Shown here piece after piece: positions 1 to 10,543 of a DNA stretch of 64,000 bases (its first letter is position 1; each line of letters begins with the position of its first letter). Below the pieces are notes generated by a model, which saw nothing but the letters and a program-made list of their open reading frames with translations, made no database searches and had not been told where the DNA came from. The translations under genes were made by a program, and so were the position numbers. The stretch is from positions 13,888,001 through 13,952,000 of the forward strand of contig OU015566.1 of assembly GCA_907165135.1 (NCBI GenBank), written 5' to 3'. The stretch is from Oikopleura dioica. Taxonomy: Eukaryota > Animalia > Chordata.

Positions 1-1956
1 ATATAAGACCAGCCCGAGGTCTTGAATTTGAACCATCTTTAGCTGATCCCCATTTTTTGTTATCATTTTGAAAATGATAAGAAATCATAAATGATATGTT
101 GCGACTTTTTGACTAAAAAAAGGGGCCCTATCCAAGATTTTCGACTAGAAATCGAATTTTGCGCTCAAGATTGTCATTCAAAAGTGGCGCGCCGCGCTCT
201 GATTGGTCGAAAATCCGTCAAATACCCGAAAATCGACAATCTTGGGCCCGATTCTGGGGGTTTCAAAGACAATCTTGGAAATCTTGGAATTTTCATTCGC
301 CACATATCGCGTCTTTCAATAGTCAAAAAAATCACGTGACAGTACTGCTGACTGTAAAGTTGTAGCGTCACCGCTGATACCCCACAGGAATCGCCGAAGT
401 TCAATAAACCCGCTCCTTCCAGTCGATCTGCCAAGCTCAACAAGCTGCTGGTCGAATTCGCTTGAGATGAAATATCGAAGAAAGAGCCTTATTTGTACAT
501 CTCTCGCTATCTAACTTATTTATTATCAGAATAAAAACAACTGTACAGAATTTAAAATCTAAGATATGCATCATTTGCGCACACATATCCCGCTTAGACT
601 TATCTGATAAGAAGAGCTTATTCAAGAGCTGCACTTTCGAGGTGCAATTATAGAGTTTTACGAAAAGAGTCTGCTCGCCACTCATGAATAAATCCTCCAG
701 GAGCAGACACTTACGCATTTCCCTGTAAAATTTGCAGAGAAAAAGTTTTAGAAAAAAAAAAGGATTGATGAAGTAAAAACAGGCCGAAAAAGCGAACAGG
801 GAGGAGAACTAAAACTTTAACTAAAAACATAAATATACAGTGACCTCGGATTCGCGGCGCCTTTCTGTCTTTTTCTTCTTTTGACACAGTAATTACTGAA
901 TAACGCAGCTGCGGTAAAAGGAATTTTAATAGCATGCTATCAGAATTTCAAACAGACATTTTTTGCTTCATAACTCTTCATTTTTTTATCGCGACTTTTT
1001 TCTTGAAAAGCATATTTATCGATAAAAACATCGGTAATTATTACGTGGTTATTAATTAGCAACCGCTTGGAATGCAAACAACAGTTGCGAAAGAACGAGA
1101 TTGCATTACGTGGTCTGGGTTTTGGGACAATCGCTAATTCCCGAGAAAGAAACAAAGAAACGTAAAAAATGGATGGTGGCGCGCGCGCGGTGCTCGTTGG
1201 TGGTGCTGCTCCGTGTACGTTACCCTGTGGCATTGGAGTTCCAGAGCTGTAACCCACGCGCTTTTTACTTTCGCTAGTGCTACTAGTGCGCTAAGTACCG
1301 CAGCATTACTTCTCCAAAACCGATGATTGTTGCTTTGTTATCGAAATGACGAGGCGGGAGTAAACGAAAAATTTTTAAATTCAACATCGAGACAAAAATA
1401 CAAGAAAAAAAGAAGGCTCAGAAAGTTTATTACAAAAAATAACACACAAAGAAAAATTAAAAGAAAAAAAACGATAAAAAGAGATAATTTTAAGAAGAAA
1501 AATGAAGACTTTTATGCTTGCTGGACTCGCAGCTGCGCAAAATTCAGGTTAATTAATTGATTTTAGTGCTAATTTTCGCTCTTATAAGATGACAAAATCT
1601 TTTCCACGACCCAGACTCAGGTTTTTACGCAAGTTTCGCAGCCTAGTTTTGATCTCATGTATTGACGACATTTATTTTATAAAAGAGAATAAATTCTTGC
1701 CTTCTTCGCCCCATCTCTTCAATTTAGTAATTAAAAATAATCCCTCCCTCGAAAAGTTAAACCCCCAAAACCGCGAAACTGTTTACCAAAATGCCCGTAA
1801 CGTAAAATCCAATCCCCCAATATCTCCAAGTACAGTAGCTAGAAATCTTTAATCCTTGAGTCAGCTAGTCTTCTCCGAAGAAAATAACCTTTATCCGTAA
1901 AATTAAGAATATTCCGTACTGGGCTCGGCAACATGAATAGAAAACCTCAGCTCCTG

Positions 1957-2117
1957 GAAGAGCTAAAATGAAAAGCCGCGCAGCGGCTTTTTTAAAAACG
2001 AAGCCGCGAAGCGTCTTCGCTAGGAGTTGAAAGAAAATAAATTTGGTTTATTTGCGAAGCCGCTTCGCGGCTTTGTTTTTAAAAAAGCCGCTACGCGGCT
2101 TTTCATTTCAGCTCTTC
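1957..2117. repeat. Foldback (hairpin) element with ~64-bp inverted arms
   Basis: Left arm GAAGAGCTAAAATGAAAAGCCGCGCAGCGGCTTTTTTAAAAACGAAGCCGCGAAGCGTCTTCGC (1957-2020) is nearly the reverse complement of 2054-2117, with a 33-bp AT-rich loop. Confidence 0.85.
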
Positions 2118-2266
2118 AAGGGCATGGCTCAGGTTTTCTACCTAGGTTTCTGAGTCAAGATTCCGTACTTCACCGTAGTTCCAGGATTAGCCATCGAGAA
2201 CAGCTAACATTTGTAGTGGCCCAAGAAAACAATTTCCGCGTTTCTGTTAAATAAATATATTTATAG

Positions 2267-5200
2267 ATTTCCAATTATATCTTCCGCCGGATCGAGCCGG
2301 AGCCTTTGATGGAGCCGAAACCTCATTTTCCTTTCCCCAGCCAAGCCAGAATCTCGCTACTTGTTTGTGGGTGAAGTCGACGTTTCCGGATGGAGGAGAA
2401 GTGCTGAGACTGAGCGACACGGAGAGTGGCGAACTCAACCTTTCCGTTTCCGTGAGAGGAAAGGATTACGATTCCCGTGACAACGGATTAGCGAATTTTT
2501 GGAAAGAAAGAAATTTCGGGCTTAGCTTTTCTTTTCCTCTTAGAAAGAAAATTGCCAAGTAATTAAATTTGTTCAATTAACCACCTTGCGCAAATTGACC
2601 ATTATTTTGGTGTTCATCATTTTGACCTTCATCAATTTCGCTTCGATAAAGCCGCCTGCGGCTTATCTTTAGTTAACCCGATTTCGACTCGCTTGAGTTT
2701 CTTATTGTCGAAGCCATTTATCAACAAATTGGCAATTGAACTAAAAAGGGTTAAATTTTTTTCACTCATTATTTTGGTCCAAAACAAATGAGTTTATTTT
2801 TGATTCGAAAACGCTGCATTAAAATTGTCGTACCAAAAAATTGGTCGACACATCGAAACGGGTTAAAAGCATTACGTAATCCTCAAAAAAAAGACAACAG
2901 CGTTCTTCTATCCAACAAACTCTCCAGCGTCGATTTCTCCTTCTCTCAAATCGACCTTCGCGATTTCCGCTGGCACCAAATCTGCACCGATTGTACCACC
3001 AGCACCTGCACAGTCTACCTCGACGGGAAAGACAGCGAGGTCCAGCCCTTTTCTTTCCCAACTTCGCAGTTTTCTTCCGTCAATGTAAATTTCGGCTTTG
3101 CTTCTGGATTTCAAGGCAAAATTCAAAAGTTCCGAATTTCAAACTCCGAAAATCCGGTCGAAAGCGCGACTGCTTGCGGCGCCCCAGTCAAACAATTATC
3201 AAACGCTCAATCGGTAAATACAAAAGTTAAGAAAGAAAAAGAAATTGATAACGCATTTTAGTGGTCCCCCGCCGAGCTTCTTATCACTCGGCCAGTGCAC
3301 ACGCGCGACTACGAGTCGGTCTGCAACGATTTGCTTTCCGTTGATTGCGGCTTGGACTCAATCACCGTCTCAGTTTCCCACTTGCACTTAGAGACGATTG
3401 GATTACACGAGAAATTCAAGGAACGAGTTTTTTTTTTACTTTTTTCCAAGATCAATCGAACATTTTCGCTTTCAAAAAGCTAAAAGATGAAATTTAATTC
3501 TTAGCCAATCAAAACGTTTGATTTTGCAAATGGACCAATCAGACATCCATACGCAATTTTTCGACCAATCAGAAGCAATTTTCAAACCAATAACCCTACA
3601 GACGCGCAAATTTAATGAATCGACCAATAAGAAGCCTGAATTAAACCTTTCACCCAATCAAAACCCTAACATTAAACGTCATGACCAATCAGTGCCCAAA
3701 ACCTTTTCCCAAAAAATCTGAAGAATTTCTCTTCGAAAGTTTCAAAGCCAATTTGAATAAAAATTCCAAACTCGGTTTTGAGGTATCCCGCCTTTCCGTA
3801 TTAGAGCATTGCGCCAATTTCACCAGCAGCGACTTCACCACGTTCACCATCGCCCCCCTCGACGCGTGCGGAAGCAAAGTCACCATCAGCGAAACAGACA
3901 GGACTGTCAGCAACACTGTCTTGAACTATGCAAACGACGGTACAGGAAACGATCGTCAAATTTTGAATGGAAATTGCCCACAAAAGAGGGCGGGAAAAAT
4001 TCTTTCTCGTTATTATTTATCACATTAATTTCTTGGGGCAAAAAAAATCTTTATCCATCAACTTCTCTTAAAATATTATGGTTTTTTTTTAATATCTTTG
4101 AAATATATATTTTTATAGAGAAGTTCTTCGTTCTTTTGGTCAGAAAAAAATAAGGGTGTCACCTTGTAAAAATCAAAAATAAACGAAAAATTGCCTTTAT
4201 GGACCCCTTTTTGGGGTTGATAAAAATTTGATACTTATAAAATAATCAGGAAGATTTACGCATATTAATTTTTATATAATAGAGAAAAAATTTCTCACGA
4301 GAAAGCGTTTTTCCTATTTTATGGTTTTCATTTATCGTTTTTCTTTCAAATTCTCGATCGTCGAAAACAGTCTTCACCGCGGATTTCCAATGCCAGTATC
4401 CAATCGACGTCACGGCTGTAGAATACGTCGAGCCGGTGAAAGAACAAGACGTGATTTTCCAGCAAAAGATCGTCCCCGTCGGCCTCGTGCGATACGATAG
4501 CAACAGCTTCCAGGAGCAGTCGCGTAACGTGAGTGCTTATTTTATTCTCTTATCGCAGGTTTTTAAACGTGTGCTTAGGCCTTGGAGCTCTCCCGCGGCG
4601 AAATACTCCATCTCGCAGCATTGGCGCCTGATGAGATAGGAAAGGATTTATGAAGCACAAAAATTAAAATTTCGAAAATTTCGACCAATTTTTTTAGTCG
4701 AAAGATTGCCCATAAAACGATGAAAAATTAGGAAGTGGCTTAAGGAACCGACAAAAATTTCGACAAATTTTGTGTTGGCGGCAACTCGGCTACTAATTGG
4801 CCGGTTTTCCGAATCCAGGCTTCTGATTGGTTGAAAATTTTCACGCAAAATTTGTCGAAAATTTTTGTCGGTTCCTGACGCCTCCGCAAAAATAAGCCCT
4901 AGATTGTCGATTGTGAAATTTTGATTCGAAAGTCGACAATTAACGGCTCAAAATCTCAAGTTTATCGACAGTCTAGGACAGAAAATGATAATAGAACGAA
5001 TTCTCTAGAAAACTTTAATCTAGGTCCTTTTTTTTCTTGAATCCTTGAAAAAGACCGTTCAATCCGCGTGCTGGTGAAATCATGCGAAACTGCCAAAGGC
5101 GTGTCTTTACTGTCAGATTTCGGATGTAATTCGGAAGAGGAGACTTCTTACGTTTACACGAATGGGGATTCTCCCGCCGCGCGTTTTTCTCTCGCTGTTC

Positions 5201-5987
5201 CAGAATGGACAGTTGACGTCAGATGCAGCGTAATCCTCTGCGACAAAGGTAAACTCAACGAAAGAGCCTTTGACTGTATTGTTTAGGCGACGAATGCGAA
5301 GTCAAGTGTGGCAAGGGCAAGTCAAGAATTCGCCGCACACCTGAGGGGGATGACCTCACGACGCAGGCGCCCTACATTCCATTGGAAACGACAGCTGCCA
5401 TGGAGATTGAAGAGAACTGGGAAGAAAAGAAAGAGACTTTCGAAGGTATTTTTTCTAGCGTTTTTCTTTTGTCGATGATCTACGTAGATCTTGTCGAAAC
5501 AAAACTGGTCTTTGGACCGCTAGAATGGCCAAGGGAGGTACAAACAACAGCTGTTCCTGAGGCCGATTTTGTGACAGAAATGCCAGAAGAGGATGAAATT
5601 GCGACGACAGAAATGCCAATCGAGGAAATTCTAGAGACGGAAGAGCTCGAAATCATCGAGGAAAAAGTGAAGGAAACGGTGGAAGTTATCGTCGAAGATA
5701 TCAAGTATGTTTTCTTAAGGACTTCTCCTGCGAAAGATGATCCGTTTTTGGGTCGAAATAATGGCCTGGGAGAGCCTTAATTTGATGATTTCGCGGATTT
5801 TTTCGAGAGCTTGATTTTGAGCTTTGTTTTTAGAAAAGTGGTTGTGGAAGTGGAAGATGGTACGATTGCGGGATCAACTGCCATGTGGACGATTATGTTA
5901 TCATCGTGTGGCGCGTTATCCGCCGGCATCGCCATGCTCTTCAAGTTCTATCAAAACAAAAAGCGCGAGAATCTGATCTCCTCCTAA
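2267..5987 (+). CDS. Multi-exon pentraxin/LamG-like + zona pellucida (ZP) domain type I membrane protein; 5' (signal-peptide) exon not located
   Basis: Spliced peptides: ...NLATCLWVKS... and ...RWHQICTDC...TVYLDG...FQGKIQKFRI (pentraxin/LamG-like); VDCGLDSITVSV, FTIAPLDACGS, DFQCQYP (ZP-N); VKSCETAK..LLSDFGC..VRCSVILC (ZP-C). These are followed by furin-type RIRR, VFGPL (EHP-like), an acidic E/T-rich stalk, a TM segment AMWTIMLSSCGALSAGIAMLF and the tail KFYQNKKRENLISS-stop (TAA 5985-5987). AATAAA lies at ~6075. Confidence 0.85.
3505..3692 (+). repeat. Array of 7 same-strand CCAAT boxes in a ZP-gene intron
   Basis: CCAAT starts at 3505, 3535, 3565, 3587, 3624, 3654 and 3685; most are extended as (G/A)CCAATCA. 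Confidence 0.8.
4744..4875. mobile_element. ~135-bp MITE family 1, copy 1 (other copies ~13485-13572 partial, ~30060-30186, 42312-42447, ~46510-46641)
   Basis: TIR GGAACCGACAAAAATTTCGACAAATTTT...AAAATTTGTCGAAAATTTTTGTCGGTTCC around the shared core CGAATCCAGGCTTCTGATTGGTTGAAA. This copy is intronic in the ZP gene. Confidence 0.85.
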
Positions 5988-6465
5988 GCCCGCCCGCAGC
6001 TCCTCCGCCAGTTCAAACATGTTAAGCAGTAAAGACGTCGATTTGTTACTGTACTCCGAGAAATTGTAAATCATAATAAACGCTTCGAGCGGACTTTAAA
6101 ATGATGCCAGACTCAGGCAGCCTGAGAGTGAGACTCAGAAAAGCGCGAACTCAGGGGAATCCATCGGTTGGTCGCAGGATAAGCCTCTTACTTACTAGTG
6201 AAAAGTTTCAAGCTTCTTCTCAAAGTGAAATCAAGGAAGACATTTTTCAAAAATTCTACAAGTAGCAAAAGATTAGATTATTTCTCTGCGGTAAGCTCAT
6301 CGGAGAGCAGTCGAATAAGCCCGTTCCGCGAAATTCCAAATGCAAATACAAAGAAACTGCTCATTCTGTAAATATGATATTCACTGTAATCGCAAATTGA
6401 GAATCTCATCGCCGAGTCACCGTAATCTCCGGTCAGAAGAAAATATACTCGTAAAAATTCTTGAA

Positions 6466-8100
6466 ATGAAAGAAAAAAGTTTTAAAAAGCAAGAGAGTTC
6501 AGAAGATCCTTCATCTTTTCCGTTGAATGTCGTCGTCAACGTCAATCAGCAAATGAGCAGCCAAGCAGAAAAGAAGGAGAAGAAGGATAAAAAGTCGCGC
6601 ATGAATAAACTAAAAGGTCTGTCGCTGGTTTTGAAGATCGTAGTGGCTCTTTTGACAATCCATGGAATCGTTACGCCTTTAATTATTTCGAAAATGAGTC
6701 CTCATTCGGATTCGCAAGACAATTCCACAGCTGCAGCTTCAGGTAACGTTGCTAAAAATCAGAAAAACTGAATACAATTTGTTGGCCAGGAACTGCTTCT
6801 GAAAACGTAGACATTCTCCGGCTTCAACAAGAAAACGACGAGCTTCGAAAAAATAATTCATTGATGAAAGAAAGCCTTAAAGAAGAGCATAAAGAAAAAG
6901 AAAACCTCAATAAACAATTATCATATAGACTAACAGAGATCGACGAACTCAAAGCAGAAAGCGAAAATTGCTTCGGACGGGAGAAGAATTCACTGATGAT
7001 TCTTTCTGGTTTTGAAAACAAGACTGAGCTTCTCAGCTACGTTCTCAAACCAGACGGCAGCCAGAATTCTGTGGAAATCAAAATGCCTTTTTCCGGTCAT
7101 AAATACCACTACCTTAACAGTTCGATTTATGCTTTGATTCGTGGAAAAGTCTACATTTTTGGAGGATATTATAAAGGATATGAGCTCAGAGTAAGTCGCG
7201 GTAAAAAAAAAGAAAATAATCAATCGTTTATTTACATTGAAATTCAGATTGCGATGATAAGTGGCTGTGAAATCAAAGAGCTAGAAAGCAAACTAAATTC
7301 CCATTTTACATATAACTCTGCTGCAGTGACGGCAGCGGATCAACAATCAGGTAAATTTCCTTTCGTAATGAGCTTGGTGTTACCTTGAATTATTTAGAAA
7401 TTATATTTTTAGCCATGATTTGCTTTCCCCGTGATGACGAATGGAGAAGTTGCGAAGAGTTCGACGGAACCGATGTTTCAATAAAGCCGGCGACAAAATA
7501 CTCGCACAAGGGTTCATGCTTGGCGCTTTACAATAACAAACCAGTTACAGTCAGCTCCAGTCTAAGCGACGGCTACAAAAAAGTGGAGAAATTCGATGGA
7601 GTTTCTTGGATAGAACTCGAAGATTTTCCGAGGTAAATCGATTTTATGATTTATTTTTTGATTATTTGAAGTGCAATCTACTTTCACTCCTGCATTGGAG
7701 TCTTCGACGGATATCTTCTCTTCGGAGCGAAATACAAAAACAATGGTAAATATGGCAATTCAAAGGATGTTTATCTACTCCGTGACTCAAAATGGACCGT
7801 GGTTGGCAAACTCAATGAATTTGTAAGGCTTTCTTTGTTTGATAGATCCATAAAATTTTAGCATTCTTACTCTACTGCAACGCGAATCGGAAATACGATT
7901 TATCTTGTGAGCGGCAGAAATCAACGGTCTCATATGTATGTTATTTTAAAAACAAAACAATTATAATTAAACTAAGTTACGCTGTGGAAAAACTAGAATG
8001 GGACGGAGAGAAAATATCCTCGGCAAAAGTCATCAAAAATCACTCAAAAGAATTTATTCGGCCGATAGTATTTCCAGTTGATGAGTTTTACTGTACATAA
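6466..8100 (+). CDS. Cluster A gene 1: type II membrane anchor + coiled coil + kelch-like beta-propeller (spliced; true start may be upstream)
   Basis: TM LSLVLKIVVALLTIHGIVTPLII, coiled coil LQQENDELRKNN..., blades ALIRGKVYIFGG, SCEEFDG, KVEKFDGVSW, GYLLFG, RIGNTIYLVSG, ending RPIVFPVDEFYCT-stop (8098-8100). Short GT-AG introns join the frames. Confidence 0.8.
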
Positions 8101-8294
8101 ATTTTTATAAAAGCATTTGAGTAAATAAAGCCCGAAAATCACTTTACATGTCCATGACAAAATTAAAAATTTATAGTAAAAAGTATCAAATGAGTCAGGG
8201 AGCCTGAGAGCCTTACACACAAAAGCGCGTTATCAGGAGAATCCGCCGGTCGGTCGCAGACTAAGCCTCTCGCTTGTATAAAACAGCTTTTTTA

Positions 8295-10169
8295 ATGAAG
8301 AGAATTCTAAGTATAAGAAAACGGGACCGCCCGGAAGAGCTTAATCTAGACGAGTATTCGCAAATTAACAAGTGAGATTCTGAAAGTCTTATTGATTTTT
8401 TTGTGAGTTTTTTTTTAAAGCGATGATAAAACTGAGAAAAATGAAGAATCTACAGTATCTTCTGGACCAAATCAAGCTTCTCCATCGACCCCTGTATATT
8501 TTTCAATCAACGTCAACAACATGCCAAATACAGTTAATGCCAGCAGTCCAGAAGAAAAATTGCCGGAAAAAACTTGGATTGAGAAACTAAAAGGCGTTTC
8601 GATTATTTTGAAGATTTTGGTTGCTATCTTTACAATCGGAGGAATTGTGACCCCGATAGTCCTTTCAAAAACGAGTACTCATTCGGCTGCCTTGGTCAGT
8701 TCTACGGTCGTTCCAGTCAAAGTGCAATCAACAACGATTTCATCAGAAACGACTCAAAGGGCTTCGCCAACTAAAGCCACAACTAATGATGGTAAGGATT
8801 TATTTCTCATTCGAAGTTTTAACTTTTCAAGTTTTTTTTCAAATTGAAGAAAAAAATGAGACTATGCAAATGAAAAACGAGCATCAACAGGGTGTCATTG
8901 AAGAGTTTGAAAAGAAAATTCAGGTTGATAAAATCAGTGCAACTAATAATTATAATATTTCACTAGCGATTGGAAAATCGTCTTGAAAAAGACAAAGAAG
9001 AAAAAGAAAAACTTCAAAAACAATTATCAGTTGTCTTGACGGAAAATGCAGAACTCAAAATACATCGCTCACTGATGGTGCTTTCTGGCTATGAATCAAA
9101 AACTGAGTATCTCAGCTATTTTCTCAAACCAAACGGATATCAGATTCCTCGGGCAATAAACATGCCTTCTTCTAGTAATGCACATCACTACCTTTACGCA
9201 TCGATTTCTGCTCTGATTTACGGAAATGTCTATATCTTTGGTGGATGGTCAGAATATAAGTTCCGGGTAAGTTGCGCTAAGAAAATCAATAATTGCTTAT
9301 TCATTTAGATTGCGGTTATATCTGGCTGTGAGATCCAAGAGCTAGAAAATAAACTCAATTTTAATTATGACTGGAACTCTGCAGCATTAACGGCAGCGAA
9401 TCAACAATCAGGTTAATTTGAAGCTTTGGTGGGATCTATTCATGGTAAAGAATTTATAAATGCTAAGTATGATTTCTAGCTTTGCTCTGCTTTCCAAACG
9501 ACGAAGAATGGAAAAAATGCGAAGAATTCGACGGAACCTCTATTTCAATGAAACCGGCCACGAAATACTCGCACAAAGCTTCCTGTTTGGCTTTCTTGAA
9601 CGACGAAGTCATTGTTGTCAGCTCCTGGGAATATGACGGCCCCAAAAAGGTGGAAAATTTCAATGGCGTTTCTTGGGCACAGAGAGGAGATTTTCCAAAG
9701 TAAATCCATTTATTCATATTTTTGACTTTTTGAAGGGCAATTTATCTCCACTCCTGTATCGGAGTCCACCATGGATATCTTCTCTTCGGGGGTCAATATG
9801 AAGACCAAGGTGAATATTACCACCCAAAAGATGTTTATTTACTTCGCAAATCCGAATGGACAGTGGTTGGCCAACTAAAAAAAGGGGTAGGCCTCTTTTG
9901 TATAAAGCTATGCTTTTCGCCTTCATTTTTAGCACACTTACTCCTCTGCAACGAAGATTGGAAATACGATTTATCTTGTAAGCGGCAGCAGCAAACCGTA
10001 TGTAAACCCAATAACTATAAGTCATTCATTAATTATTGAACTTAGTTTTGCTGTTGAAAAACTTGAATGGGATGGAGAAAAAATATCATCGGCAAAAGTC
10101 ATCAGCGATCACTCGAGCGAATTTTATCGGCCGATTATTTTTCCTGTCGATAAATTCTACTGTGCATAA
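8295..10169 (+). CDS. Cluster A gene 2: paralog of gene 1 (type II TM + S/T-rich stalk + coiled coil + kelch-like propeller)
   Basis: MKRILSIRKRD... spliced to DDKTEK...; TM VSIILKILVAIFTIGGIVTPIVL; ALIYGNVYIFGG, KCEEFDG, ending RPIIFPVDKFYCA-stop (10167-10169). Propeller intron positions match gene 1. Confidence 0.8.
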
Positions 10170-10195
10170 GTTTTAACAAAAATAAATCAATCAAA

Positions 10196-10343
10196 CTCTT
10201 CAAGTTCTATCAGAACAAAAAGCGCGAGAATTTGATCTCCTCCTAAGCCCGCCCGCAGCATTTGCGCCAATTCAAACATCGATTTGCGAAAGACGTCGAT
10301 TTGTTACTGTACTCCGAGAAATTGTAAATCATAATAAACGCTT
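10196..10343 (+). repeat. Duplicate of the ZP gene 3' end (last codons, stop, 3'UTR, polyA signal; source 5937-6085)
   Basis: CTCTTCAAGTTCTATCA(A/G)AACAAAAAGCGCGAGAAT(C/T)TGATCTCCTCCTAAGCCCGCCCGCAGC...GACGTCGATTTGTTACTGTACTCCGAGAAATTGTAAATCATAATAAACGCTT is present at both loci. Confidence 0.9.
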
Positions 10344-10543
10344 TAACTCCTTTTGATAATTTTCAAGCGGACTTTAAAAAAAATAGTGCATTATCAGGGA
10401 AATCCCGCTAGTTGAGACTCCAATTAAATTTACTCAGAAGGTGACTCACTATTTTTATAGAGTCACCAGCGAGAGCCAGAGTATTAACAAAAGAGAAATG
10501 ATCTATTTTCTTTTACTCTTTACGAAGCTGATTTCAGCGGCAA

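Noticed and set aside
940-1330. GC-rich block with short ORFs on both strands upstream of the ZP gene
   Set aside because: No frame gave a convincing signal peptide or a splice connection to the first recognised ZP exon.
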